Source: Planctomycetota bacterium
GTDB lineage: Bacteria; Planctomycetota; B15-G4
DNA: 64,000 bases
Assembly (NCBI GenBank): GCA_029245865.1
Contig: JAQWOM010000009.1
Coordinates: forward strand, 86,398 to 150,397
Reading direction: 5' to 3'
Shown: positions 18,006 through 27,778 of the stretch, one piece after another
Layout: each line of letters starts with the position of its first letter
Position numbering within the stretch: the first letter of the stretch is position 1
Notes under the pieces: model-generated
Seen by the model: the letters and a program-made list of their open reading frames with translations, nothing else
Databases searched by the model: none
Told to the model about the DNA's origin: nothing
Position numbers and translations under genes: made by a program

Positions 18006-19490
18006 GTGGACCGCACCAAGATCGACAACGCTGCGCACGGCCGACGCCCCTCTGACGTTGACAAGCGTCTCAAGCGACGCATCATCGTGTACCTCTTCGC
18101 CATTGTCGTGTTGTACGGCATCTGGCATGAGTCGAGCCCGCCATCGTCGCCCCCTCCAACGAGTGCGACGCAAAGTATCGATGATATCGACCGCGTAGAC
18201 ACTCCGGTCGAACCATTGCCACCCAATGCGCACATTGACCCAGCACTCCTGGCAGGCGTGCGCGACGAATCCCCGGCCGAGCGAGCCTTCATCGAACGTG
18301 ATGCCCAGGCGCATCTCCTCCAAGAAAGTGCCAAGCTTGCCTACGGCGACCTTGTCCAGCTTGGCATCGAAGAAGGCGACTGGGAGAGGCTCTCGCAAGA
18401 TCCTGGATCCGCACGTGGAAAGCCCTTCTGGGTGCTGGGTGAGCTCAAGCAGCTGAACTCTGAAGTCGTCGACCGCCTCGTCTACAGCCGTGGCATTGTG
18501 GAAGACCAGGACGGTCGGCCCTGGGCCTTCATGGTCATCACGGAGCCCTGGAAAATTGAGCTCGGTGACATCGTCAAGGTGTCGGGGTTCTTTTTGAAGA
18601 TCTACGACATGGCTCAACCGGACGGGCAGTTCGTCCGCATGCCCTTACTCATCGGAGATGAGTTGCTCGCCTCGGCATACCGCATTTCGCCGGTCACTCA
18701 GTTGCGCGAAGACCTCTTCGACACCGTGCGAGATCGCGACCTCGCACAAGCAAGCCGCCCACTCGAAAGCACCGCTTTCTATGAGCTGCTCAGCTATGTA
18801 AAAAACGCGAATCCGGACGAGCTGTTTCCGCCGGACGACCCAACTCTTGAAACCATGCCGCACCATCTCCTTCAAAATCCGGAAGCTTGGCGCGGGCGCC
18901 CGGTGGAGTTAACCGGTGTACTGATGTACATGAAAGAAGCCCCTTTGGGGCCTCGCGGTGAAAACCCACTGGACGACCCTTTTGTCTGGCAACTCTGGGT
19001 CGCGGACACCCGGTCGGGCGACACGGGCACGATGCTGGTCATGTGCCTCGACAAACCGGAAGGCATTGCCGAGGGTGACATCGTCGATGTGCAAGGCGTG
19101 TTTTTCCGCCGCTATTCCTTCGAGAACAAGGCGAACAGCCCGCGCATGGCGGCTGTCGTGCCAGCACACAGTGTGACCAAGTTCACACCTGGTGAGGACA
19201 CGCTGAACCCGATACTGATGAAGGTCATCATCAGCATCGTGTCCGCCATCGTTGTCCTGGTGGCCTTCGGGCAGTGGCGGGAACGGCGTGGAGCCAAGCT
19301 GGTTCGCAGCGACCGCATGGCACGCAAACGACGCATGGTCGAAACGGTTTCGGAACCCAGAGCCCCCCCGGTGGTCACCGAGATCACCCGTAAACGGCGT
19401 AAAGCGGCCCCCGCAGCAGGAAAAACACCTCCTCAAGACGAGGAGCCACGGGATTCCGAGGGTCCGCCCTCGCCAGACACCCGCGAATGA
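18006..19490 (+). CDS. Hypothetical membrane protein (N- and C-terminal TM helices)
   Basis: ORF-track start 17904 overlaps the upstream gene. First plausible start after the upstream stop is GTG 18006. TM segments IIVYLFAIVVLYGIW and IISIVSAIVVLVAF. Basic C-terminal tail. Confidence 0.55.
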   Translation: MDRTKIDNAAHGRRPSDVDKRLKRRIIVYLFAIVVLYGIWHESSPPSSPPPTSATQSIDDIDRVDTPVEPLPPNAHIDPALLAGVRDESPAERAFIERDAQAHLLQESAKLAYGDLVQLGIEEGDWERLSQDPGSARGKPFWVLGELKQLNSEVVDRLVYSRGIVEDQDGRPWAFMVITEPWKIELGDIVKVSGFFLKIYDMAQPDGQFVRMPLLIGDELLASAYRISPVTQLREDLFDTVRDRDLAQASRPLESTAFYELLSYVKNANPDELFPPDDPTLETMPHHLLQNPEAWRGRPVELTGVLMYMKEAPLGPRGENPLDDPFVWQLWVADTRSGDTGTMLVMCLDKPEGIAEGDIVDVQGVFFRRYSFENKANSPRMAAVVPAHSVTKFTPGEDTLNPILMKVIISIVSAIVVLVAFGQWRERRGAKLVRSDRMARKRRMVETVSEPRAPPVVTEITRKRRKAAPAAGKTPPQDEEPRDSEGPPSPDTRE

Positions 19491-20554
19491 CCAGCACGCC
19501 CTCCCTGACCCTGAGAGCGGGCCTTCTGGCCGATCTCCCGGCCCTTCTCCCGGCTGCGGCAGCCACTTTTTTGCTGACGGATCGCCATGTGGAACCACTG
19601 CTCGGCCAGGGATGGGGGGAAATCCCTCGCCTCGTGCTTGTACCGGGAGAGTCCAGCAAGAGTTGGGCCCAACTCGGCGACATTTTGCGTGCGCTCGACC
19701 TGGCAGGCCTCAACCGTGACGGCCAACTCGTCGCTGTAGGAGGTGGTGTCGTCACGGATCTCGGAGGCCTTGCAGCTTCACTTCACCGCCGTGGCATTCC
19801 CTGGGTTGCTGTTCCGACTTCTCTCGTAGGACAAGTCGATGCGGCCATCGGTGGAAAAACTGCCGTAAATCTCGGATCCGGGAAAAACACGATTGGGACA
19901 TTTCACCAACCCACAAACGTTCTGGTGGACCCACAAGCTCTTCGCACGCTCGCACCACGCCATGTCCACGCGGGTTACGCCGAAATGCTAAAGACGGCTC
20001 TAATTGCCGGAGACTCTCTCTGGCAATCGGTGCGCGCACTTCAGGCATGCACCGATGAGTCCGACTCGAACCGCGAAGTGTACGAAGCTGCTCTGTGTTC
20101 TTGTGTGGAAGGCTGCCTCGAGGTCAAGCAAGCCCTCGTCGATCGCGACCCTTTCGATCGCGGCCCGCGCCGACTTCTCAACCTGGGGCACACGTTTGGA
20201 CATGCCTTTGAGTCTCTGGCGCTGCAGAGGTCAGACGACGAACTGCTCCACGGCGAAGCCGTGGGTCTCGGGCTGCTGTGTGCCGCAAGACTTGGATCTC
20301 TCCTTCGGCCTCGGGAACTTTCTGATCAAGAGTCGCTTGAAGACATCCTGCGAGAACGCCTCGCCAGCTGGCATCTACCGCTCACCAGCATGGAAGTCCC
20401 AGAAGACATCGTGCGCGCCATGCGATCCGACAAGAAACGACAGGGGGACACCCACACCGTCGTGATTGCGAGATCTGCAGGTGAAGTTTCGATCGAAGAA
20501 AAGGTCCCCGAAGAGCTGCTTGAACAGGCCCTGACGGCCGTTTTGAGCACCTGA
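19487..20554 (+). CDS. aroB: 3-dehydroquinate synthase
   Basis: 355 aa. GGGVVTDLGGLAA, VPTSLVGQVDAAIGGKTAVN, LNLGHTFGHAFE, LHGEAVGLG: near-diagnostic AroB motifs. 4-nt overlap with the upstream gene. Confidence 0.9.
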   Translation: MTSTPSLTLRAGLLADLPALLPAAAATFLLTDRHVEPLLGQGWGEIPRLVLVPGESSKSWAQLGDILRALDLAGLNRDGQLVAVGGGVVTDLGGLAASLHRRGIPWVAVPTSLVGQVDAAIGGKTAVNLGSGKNTIGTFHQPTNVLVDPQALRTLAPRHVHAGYAEMLKTALIAGDSLWQSVRALQACTDESDSNREVYEAALCSCVEGCLEVKQALVDRDPFDRGPRRLLNLGHTFGHAFESLALQRSDDELLHGEAVGLGLLCAARLGSLLRPRELSDQESLEDILRERLASWHLPLTSMEVPEDIVRAMRSDKKRQGDTHTVVIARSAGEVSIEEKVPEELLEQALTAVLST

Positions 20555-20650
20555 AGGCTTCACGCGAGCGAGAGTGGGCTCAACTCCGGAACCCCTTTGG
20601 GTCGAGAAAGAGTCTCCGTATCCCCGTCTCACCGACCGTGGAGTTCCCTC

Positions 20651-21319
20651 ATGGGTGCTACGCACGTCCTTCCACCTCCGCTTGATGCCGCCTGCTCCCA
20701 TGGGCACCCCCTCGAACTGTGGATTCTCGTCAATGGCGAGATCGTTCAATGTGCGGGAAGCTTCATGCGTACCGACAACTTCGGGAGGCCCCAGGTCTCG
20801 GCGACGTTACCCGAAGATTTTACGGGCAGCGTGCGTAATGGAGCGGCCGTGCGCGGCTTCTTTACCGATGACAGCGGTCAAGTGCACACCTTCCTCACGT
20901 CTATCAACGACTGGCAGGCTTACAGCGATCGCCCGAGTGCAGCAAAAGTTGTTCTTGAGACACCAACCGCCGTGGCTCCATGCCAACGTCGTCGTGGACT
21001 TCGCCAGCCAACCAAGCCAATCCCCGTGAGCTTGATGGTAAACATTCGTGGTGAGTCCGAGGCGGCAACAGGTCGTATCGTGGACGTCTCTCCCACGGGG
21101 TTTGCCGTGCGCGTCGTTCGTGCCGCACGCAACTGGTTCGCCGAAGGCACTCTTCTGAGTGTGGAACTCGACGTGGGCGATGGCGAGTTGACTTCGCTGG
21201 CCGTAACGGTTGCGCGGGTCGAGCGAGAAGCGTTGCATTACCTCTACGGTTTGCGCGTGAACAACTCGGCCGAGCGTCGAGCGCTGCAAGACATTCTCGA
21301 CGAGTTGCTTACCGTCTGA
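20651..21319 (+). CDS. PilZ domain protein (c-di-GMP binding)
   Basis: RxxxR (RRRGLR) and DxSxxG (DVSPTGFAV) PilZ motifs. Start chosen at ATG 20651 with GGAG 7 nt upstream. Alternative start 20597. Confidence 0.65.
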   Translation: MGATHVLPPPLDAACSHGHPLELWILVNGEIVQCAGSFMRTDNFGRPQVSATLPEDFTGSVRNGAAVRGFFTDDSGQVHTFLTSINDWQAYSDRPSAAKVVLETPTAVAPCQRRRGLRQPTKPIPVSLMVNIRGESEAATGRIVDVSPTGFAVRVVRAARNWFAEGTLLSVELDVGDGELTSLAVTVARVEREALHYLYGLRVNNSAERRALQDILDELLTV

Positions 21320-21339
21320 GATCGCTCTGAGAAGCGCGG

Positions 21340-24300
21340 CTACTCAGGCCCCACCGTGAAGAGAAGCATGGCGCTGTGTGACCAGTCGTCAATGACGCCG
21401 TTGTTTTCCTGGACCACCAGTTGAGTCCAGATTTGCAGCCCCTCCGGACCAAGCGTCGGCGAGTGGTTGAGTTGGAGAGCCACTTCGTCCTGCCCCACGA
21501 CAATCACATTGATGATCACGGCAGGCATGGGACCCAGCAGCCCGCCGAAGAAGGGCGCCAGAGGGTCGAAGAGATCGAAGCCCATGAACCCCACGGCAAA
21601 CTGAGCTTCCGCAGCAGGCCAGCCTTTCATCAGGATGAGTGCCTGACCGTTCGGCCGATAGTCGCCCGCCGCAATGAGTTCAGGAACACCACCAAAGCCT
21701 GCGTTTTCGGTGTCGCGAATGGTCTGGAAGTCACTCGCCTCATACGTAAAGCCATCGACCAGGGAGACAACGCCTTCGTCGGTCGTCACGCGCACATCCA
21801 CAGCAACATCCGACGGCCCCAGGAGGTGGTAGGGCAAGTTGACCGTGACAATCTCGCCGACGATTCCGGTCACTTCCGCGACTTCGAATCCGACCACAGC
21901 ATTGCCGAACTCCACCACCGTTTCCGGTGGAGCTGAACCCGAGGTCGTCGCGACCGTCACTTCCACAGGGTAGTCCGGCTCCCCAAAATAGCTGAAGCCA
22001 GGAGTACCGTTCGGCACATTGATGCCCGCGGCCTGGGGGCCCGTATTCGGAGAGACGGCCGACACAACAAATGCCTGAACGGTCACAGCATCGGGCAGCG
22101 ACCCAGAGCCATTGCTGGTGGTGAACTCTATGTCGAGCGGAATGTTCTGAGCCAGACCCTCGGGAGTTGTCACGCTGAAAGTCCCGGCAAGCGGATCGCT
22201 CTCCGAAACCGTGGCCCCGACTCCACCCACTGTCACAAACATGTTTTCAGGAGAAGACACGGCCAACCCCGTGAAAGCCATGTCGAGATTGGGTGTCACG
22301 ACGGAAGGCTCTGGGCCTGTCACAGTGGAAAAGGGGATGTAAGTGAAGGCATCGGGCAGAGCCAAGGCTGCGCCACCGGCGACGACAGCCACGTCCACCG
22401 AGTCACCGTCTCCTGGAAAGAGAGGGCTCGGCACCGCGACCTCGATCGTATAAGGGTCGCTGCCCGTCACGCCGAGAATCGTGCCGGCCACTCCGTCGAA
22501 GGTCACCAGCAGATCAGTCGCTGAACCGGTGACTGTCACAAAGACCGAGGGGCCCTCGAACCAGGACGAGGAAGGCGAAACATCCGTCACGGTGATGAAG
22601 GGGCCAAAGATGACCTGCCCACGCCCCGTCTTGCTGAATGCCAGCCCGGTCGGATCGAGTGGCGACGGATCAGAGGGCGCCCCCGAGGCGCCGATCAGCA
22701 AATCCATGACGCCGTCATCGTTCGCATCACCAGCCGCCAGCGACGACCCCCCATGAGCGCCAAGGGCCTCGCCGTACAGCCGCAACAGTTCGATACCTGC
22801 CAGGCTTCCCGCCAAGTCAATCGTATGTTGAGTCGAGGGGTCGAGAGCAGCACCGCTGAGGTAGCTTGCGAAGCCCCCTTCGGTGATGACTGATCCATTC
22901 ACCAGCACGCTTGCCGCGGGGAATCCCACGGCGAGGTCGGGCTCCCCATCGAGGTCGAAATCGCCAACACCACTGGCGAACACACCACGAACTCCGTCCT
23001 GGGTTCCGGCACCGAAGATGCGTATGGCAGAAAGACCATCGCCCGGGCCGACGTTCCCGAGATCAAATCCCGTGGGATTGGCGCCGTTCAATCGTCCGGG
23101 CACAATGTAGTGCACACCCGTATCCGGACGTCCTGGACCATCATCGAAAGGCGCACCGATCACGAGTTCGACGAAGCCGTCGTCACCGAAGAGGTCTCCG
23201 GCAGAATGAAGCATGGCGCCGGCTTGGTCTCCCGTGGCACGCCCCAGGTAGGTGTGCCCCGCCGAGTCCCCACCCGAGAAATCCGAGGCATCCAGCGACT
23301 CGGCCAGCGGGCCAGAGACCTGCCCGCGCACGACGTAGACGGCGCCCCCAAACAGTCCGCCCGGAACCAACGTCCCTGGCGCACCCAGGGCAACATCGTC
23401 CCCGTCAACGAGGTCTTCGGCTCCGCCTGTCCCTGGCAATACGGGATCGAAACGCCCCAGTCCGACCACAGCCGAACCGAGAAACTGGAAGTCCGTGGCG
23501 CCTTCGACCTCCGTGATCTCACCCGCACCAAGCGTTGCGAGATCGACAACACCCGCTCCCTTGAATGCCGGGTTGCCGTACACAATCGAGGCCGAGCCGT
23601 TCTGCATCAATCCATTCGTAGAATCCAGTGGCGCGCCAATCACGAGATCTGAAAGGCCATCAGCATCTACGTCAACATTTCCGCCGACCGCAGCGCCTGC
23701 CTGCCCAAAGGTGCGCGCGCCCACGAAACGCGTTGCGCGCCCCGTGTCGAGCAGACTCTTGAGGCTCTGGTCGACATCCTGACTTGGCCAGTCCATGGCG
23801 CCCCAAAGCACATACGCTGAACCCGAACCAGGCCGACCAGGCTGATTGAATCCTGGAGCGCCGATCAGAAGATCGTCGAACCCGTCTCCATCAACATCAC
23901 CGGCGCACGCCAGGGCGCTTCCGGCGAGATCATCCACACGCCCGCGGAAGTCGACCCCCTCTCCAACAGCCAGCGAGACGAGATCCAGATCCGGGTCACT
24001 GCCTGCGGCCCCGGCATCTGCCGAACCAAAGATGACGTAGACGTGGCCCGCATCGATCAGTTCCGCGATCGACGGAACGCCGGGTTCGTCGGGCGCTCCA
24101 AAAACATAGTCATCGAAACCATCACCGTTGAGATCAACCCAAGCAGCCGTGGCGCCCAAGGAACCGACGACCGGCATGACCGGACTCCCCACGAGTCCCC
24201 CCTCACCCAGAATGACTTCCCCACGTCCGCCAGAAATGCTGCGCAGGCCCAGGCTCTCCTGAGCCGAGAGGCTCGTGGCGAGCAGTAGCGAGGTGAAGAG

Positions 24301-24363
24301 CAACGCCACGCAACGGACTGGCGTCACGACACCGAAAATCGAGCGGGAGGGGAGAAACACCAT
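21340..24363 (-). CDS. Secreted FG-GAP repeat (integrin-alpha-like beta-propeller) protein with C-terminal Ig-like/IPT-like domains
   Basis: Signal peptide (MVFLPSRSIFGVVTPVRCVALLFTSLLLATSLSAQ). Repeated DLNGDGFDD, GDVDGDGFDDLLIGAP, DVDADGLSDLVIGAP FG-GAP/Ca-binding motifs. Start placed at the internal Met preceding the signal peptide (ORF-track start 24435). Confidence 0.75.
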   Translation of the reverse strand: MVFLPSRSIFGVVTPVRCVALLFTSLLLATSLSAQESLGLRSISGGRGEVILGEGGLVGSPVMPVVGSLGATAAWVDLNGDGFDDYVFGAPDEPGVPSIAELIDAGHVYVIFGSADAGAAGSDPDLDLVSLAVGEGVDFRGRVDDLAGSALACAGDVDGDGFDDLLIGAPGFNQPGRPGSGSAYVLWGAMDWPSQDVDQSLKSLLDTGRATRFVGARTFGQAGAAVGGNVDVDADGLSDLVIGAPLDSTNGLMQNGSASIVYGNPAFKGAGVVDLATLGAGEITEVEGATDFQFLGSAVVGLGRFDPVLPGTGGAEDLVDGDDVALGAPGTLVPGGLFGGAVYVVRGQVSGPLAESLDASDFSGGDSAGHTYLGRATGDQAGAMLHSAGDLFGDDGFVELVIGAPFDDGPGRPDTGVHYIVPGRLNGANPTGFDLGNVGPGDGLSAIRIFGAGTQDGVRGVFASGVGDFDLDGEPDLAVGFPAASVLVNGSVITEGGFASYLSGAALDPSTQHTIDLAGSLAGIELLRLYGEALGAHGGSSLAAGDANDDGVMDLLIGASGAPSDPSPLDPTGLAFSKTGRGQVIFGPFITVTDVSPSSSWFEGPSVFVTVTGSATDLLVTFDGVAGTILGVTGSDPYTIEVAVPSPLFPGDGDSVDVAVVAGGAALALPDAFTYIPFSTVTGPEPSVVTPNLDMAFTGLAVSSPENMFVTVGGVGATVSESDPLAGTFSVTTPEGLAQNIPLDIEFTTSNGSGSLPDAVTVQAFVVSAVSPNTGPQAAGINVPNGTPGFSYFGEPDYPVEVTVATTSGSAPPETVVEFGNAVVGFEVAEVTGIVGEIVTVNLPYHLLGPSDVAVDVRVTTDEGVVSLVDGFTYEASDFQTIRDTENAGFGGVPELIAAGDYRPNGQALILMKGWPAAEAQFAVGFMGFDLFDPLAPFFGGLLGPMPAVIINVIVVGQDEVALQLNHSPTLGPEGLQIWTQLVVQENNGVIDDWSHSAMLLFTVGPE

Positions 24364-24465
24364 ATGTAGGGGCCGTTTCGGATATGAGGGTCGTGCAGGC
24401 CAACCCTCAGCATGAACGAGAGAAGCGGGAGACACGAGAGACGCACGCGGCCCTGCGTATCCTTC

Positions 24466-25659
24466 ATGCTACCGGCCCATGCGGTACGTCGCTACCGGGA
24501 CTCGCCCCGGGCAAGCGCTCCGCCCAAGGCGAGGCAGGCGATCGAAAACGCCTCAAACCCTCGTGAAACGGTCGCCACGGCCAGCCGTCCAAAAAGTGTG
24601 CAAGGCGACGAAGAACCCACTGATTCCGAGCTAGCCGTCCATCTGGCAGGAGGGACATCGAGGCACCACCGGCAGTTGAGCCAGCCCTTTGGCGAGAATG
24701 AGGACTGGTTGGACTTACCGCCTCAGGCCTGGCGGAGTGCTGGTTGGCCGGCCACTTGGTGCAACCGGATGGCACCGTGGCGCCAGCGAGAAGCTCTCAC
24801 GCGTGAACGACGGCTCGCCCGAAGCAAAGGAATCCGGCTCCTCGGGAGCCGGGGGCGCAGCTATCCCCAATGGCTTCGAGACATCCCGGATCTGCCACTG
24901 GCTCTCTGCGTCCGCGGGCGCTGGCCACCTCCAGAAGAAGCCCTCTCCATCGTGGGGGCACGCGCTGCCACTCCCACGGGTCGTCAGATGGCACGAGCCT
25001 GTGGCCAGGCAGCCGCCCGGTCTGGAGTGGCTGTGGTGAGCGGTTTGGCGCGAGGCGTGGACCGCTGCGCCCTGGAGGGCACCCTGGACACGGGTGGCTG
25101 GCCGCTTGGCGTCCTCGGGTGCGGCATCGACGTGGTCTACCCACCCGAGAACACCGCCGTTCAAGAGGCCGTTGCTCGATGTGGAACTCTCATCAGCGAG
25201 TTCCCCCTTGGGGCACGTCCCACACGCTACAACTTCCCGCGCCGCAACAGGATCATTGCAGCCCTTTGCCGTCAACTCCTGGTCGTTGAAGCAGGCCGCA
25301 AGAGCGGCGCCCTGATCACGGCCCGCTATGCACTCGAACTCGGACGAGAAGTTTGGGTGGTTCCCGGTGCCGTCGATTCTCCTCAATCCATCGGAAGCAA
25401 CGAACTGCTTTACGATGGCGCACAACCCGTGATCGATCCCGCGCGCTTGCCCGAGATGCTGGGCATTTTCTCTCACGGCCCTCGAGAATCTGTCGAGACG
25501 GAACCACTACTGGTGACCTTGGGCCGCCGAGCACTCACTCCCGATGAGATCGCCGAAGAGTTGCAGCTCTCTGCGCACAAGGTACGCTCGCGCCTGATCG
25601 CTCTTGAACTCGAAGGACGAATCACCTGCAGCGCGGGAGGGCGTTACCTCAAAATCTAA
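24466..25659 (+). CDS. dprA: DNA processing protein DprA (Smf)
   Basis: Rossmann-like core GARAATPTGRQMARACGQAAARSGVAVVSGLARGVD...LISEFPLG...NRIIAALC, plus a C-terminal winged helix. Start uncertain (24412 or 24466). Confidence 0.75.
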   Translation: MLPAHAVRRYRDSPRASAPPKARQAIENASNPRETVATASRPKSVQGDEEPTDSELAVHLAGGTSRHHRQLSQPFGENEDWLDLPPQAWRSAGWPATWCNRMAPWRQREALTRERRLARSKGIRLLGSRGRSYPQWLRDIPDLPLALCVRGRWPPPEEALSIVGARAATPTGRQMARACGQAAARSGVAVVSGLARGVDRCALEGTLDTGGWPLGVLGCGIDVVYPPENTAVQEAVARCGTLISEFPLGARPTRYNFPRRNRIIAALCRQLLVVEAGRKSGALITARYALELGREVWVVPGAVDSPQSIGSNELLYDGAQPVIDPARLPEMLGIFSHGPRESVETEPLLVTLGRRALTPDEIAEELQLSAHKVRSRLIALELEGRITCSAGGRYLKI

Positions 25660-25676
25660 CGGCGACTGGCACAGAT

Positions 25677-25892
25677 TTAGAGTGATCGGACCAACAAGTG
25701 GAATGCGGCACCCAACACCACCGTACCTATACCGAACATGACCCAACGCCGGAGTCCACGCTTCACGGCGATCGAGACCGACTCCGCGCGGAGCCCGTCA
25801 TAGGTCAAGCAAAGCACCAGAGTCAGCACGAAGAACCAGGCGATGTGCTCGCCGAAAGACATGGGACCAACCGCTGCAAGCATGAAGGTCAT
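25677..25892 (-). CDS. Small membrane protein (71 aa, 2 TM), hypothetical
   Basis: Two hydrophobic helices. 4-nt overlap with the upstream membrane-protein gene. Confidence 0.45.
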   Translation of the reverse strand: MTFMLAAVGPMSFGEHIAWFFVLTLVLCLTYDGLRAESVSIAVKRGLRRWVMFGIGTVVLGAAFHLLVRSL

Positions 25893-26254
25893 CCCTTTCT
25901 CGAATCGAGTCGTGCGATCTCGTAAGCATCCACGACGACGATGATGTTGAGAATGCCGGCAACCGTCGTCATGAGCACTCCCAGCTCAAGACGATCAATG
26001 GTTGCGTGCAGGGGACCTGCTCCGATCAAGCTTGCCACGTAAGCAGGTAACCCAGCCCCGTACTGGCCATAAAGGTGAAACGGGAACCGAGCTGCTGAAA
26101 CGCTCCCGCCATCTCCCAGCCAAACCCCCAGAGCGAACAAACCGGTGATCAGCAGAAAGAAGTAAGCAGCCTTCGACAAACGCCCGAGAAACACGTGACC
26201 CAAGCCGGGAACGGCCCAGGCGCAGAGAGCAGTCATCAGTGCACGCACATCCAT
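25889..26254 (-). CDS. Hypothetical membrane protein
   Basis: TM helices with a GLGHVFLGR motif. Start moved to the internal Met (MDVRALM) to avoid a long non-hydrophobic N-extension overlapping the divergent thioesterase gene. ORF track gives 26413. Confidence 0.45.
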   Translation of the reverse strand: MDVRALMTALCAWAVPGLGHVFLGRLSKAAYFFLLITGLFALGVWLGDGGSVSAARFPFHLYGQYGAGLPAYVASLIGAGPLHATIDRLELGVLMTTVAGILNIIVVVDAYEIARLDSRKG

Positions 26255-26360
26255 TCCGACATCATCCTTATGGGATCGGCTTGCAGCGACGGCGTTTTTT
26301 GTCGAATCTGCGGTTCGCGCCCTGGCCGTCCCGTGCCACGTCCATCTGAGAGCATGCCCC

Positions 26361-26804
26361 ATGCCCCAATCCCGACTCATCATTCGCCCTCGATACGGCG
26401 AGGTGGACAGCATGGGAGTCGTCTACCACGCCAACTACCTGCAGTACTTCGACATGGGCCGAACCGAGTATCTGCGGGAATGTGGCCTTCCCTATGCCGA
26501 ATTGGAGGAGCGCGGCTATTTGCTGGCCGTGGTGGACGTCGGCATCAAATACCGGAAATCTGCCCACTACGACGAAGAACTGGTGCTGATCACCCACATC
26601 GCGTCCAGCAGTCGAGCCACCGTCACGTTCAATTATGAACTGTTCAACACCGAGGGCCTTCTGCTGACCAGCGCTCACACGAGACTGGCCTGCCTGGGCC
26701 CTGACAAGCTGCCAGCCGTGCTTCCGCCCGATTTGCGGGACCTGATCGAGAAAGCGATCTCGGCGGGAAGAAAAGGGGCTGTGACGCCGTCGGAGTCCCC
26801 ATGA
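26361..26804 (+). CDS. Acyl-CoA thioesterase, YbgC/FadM (4HBT hotdog) family
   Basis: 147 aa. RPRYGEVDSMGVVYHANYLQYFDMGRTEYL is the typical 4HBT N-terminus. Confidence 0.8.
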   Translation: MPQSRLIIRPRYGEVDSMGVVYHANYLQYFDMGRTEYLRECGLPYAELEERGYLLAVVDVGIKYRKSAHYDEELVLITHIASSSRATVTFNYELFNTEGLLLTSAHTRLACLGPDKLPAVLPPDLRDLIEKAISAGRKGAVTPSESP

Positions 26805-27754
26805 AGAGATGGAAGCACCCCCTCTTCCGGCAGCTTCCCTGGAGCGCAGCTGTTCTTGCCTCCCTGGCTTCTGCTGGATGTGTCACGACCAGCCCCCCTC
26901 TGGTGATGCCCGACCCCGCGATTGCCGAGCAGATCGACAATCTCAATCGCTTGTCGGAGTACTTGGCGAACACCCCACCAGAAGAGCCCGCAGCGCTCGT
27001 CAACAGCATCGAACGACTGATGATCTCGTGGCAACGCGAGCAACGGCAAGGCCGTGAGCGACCACTTGAGCATCTGGTGAATCGCAAGGTTGTCGCGAAC
27101 TTTGATGAACTTGTCGTGATCTTTCAAACAGGCAATCACGAGCGCCGACTCGTAGCAGCATGGGCACTCGGCTTTTCACGAGTTCCAGAAAATCCCATGG
27201 GCATTGCTTCGCGCCATCAAGAAGCACTTGCCGTCTTGATGCCTGTGATTGAAAGCGCGCCTGCTGACACCCTCAACAACGTCATATTAGCTGTCTGGAA
27301 AATTGGCGACCCTGAGACTCCGCTGCAACCAATCCTCGACATCGCCGTCAATCACCCCGTCGCAGAGGTACGTGCCAATGCCGTCCTCGCACTGACAGCA
27401 ATCTTGACCGAACAGACGGCCATCGCAGCAAACGATGCCGTACTGCTCGCCTTGACGGACAGCGATCCCAAAGTTCGGTTGCATGCAACAAGTCTGGCTT
27501 CCATGCACCCGCACCGCCTCACGACGGAACGCATTCTGCGTTTGCTACCGAACGAAAAGACCCCGCTCGTTCGAGCTGGAATGGCCAAGGCACTCGGTGC
27601 GGCCCAGGACCCAAGTGCCGGCCCTCTCTTGCAGCGCATGCTGGCCAGCCCCCGCGGAGTCGAACGCACATGGGCCCACGCTGCCCTTGTCGCCATCTAC
27701 GGCACTGATCTGGGCAACACGCCCGATGACTGGGAGCGGATCCTTCCGCGCTAG
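26801..27754 (+). CDS. HEAT-repeat lipoprotein
   Basis: Signal peptide ending in AGC (LASLASAGC). Repeated HEAT-like units (...VRANAVLAL..., ...VRLHATSLA..., ...VRAGMAKAL...). Confidence 0.6.
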   Translation: MKRWKHPLFRQLPWSAAVLASLASAGCVTTSPPLVMPDPAIAEQIDNLNRLSEYLANTPPEEPAALVNSIERLMISWQREQRQGRERPLEHLVNRKVVANFDELVVIFQTGNHERRLVAAWALGFSRVPENPMGIASRHQEALAVLMPVIESAPADTLNNVILAVWKIGDPETPLQPILDIAVNHPVAEVRANAVLALTAILTEQTAIAANDAVLLALTDSDPKVRLHATSLASMHPHRLTTERILRLLPNEKTPLVRAGMAKALGAAQDPSAGPLLQRMLASPRGVERTWAHAALVAIYGTDLGNTPDDWERILPR

Positions 27755-27778
27755 CGCTGCACGGGCGCAATCAGCGCC

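Noticed and set aside
24715-25476. 253-aa minus-strand ORF
   Set aside because: Antisense to dprA, whose frame carries clear DprA motifs.
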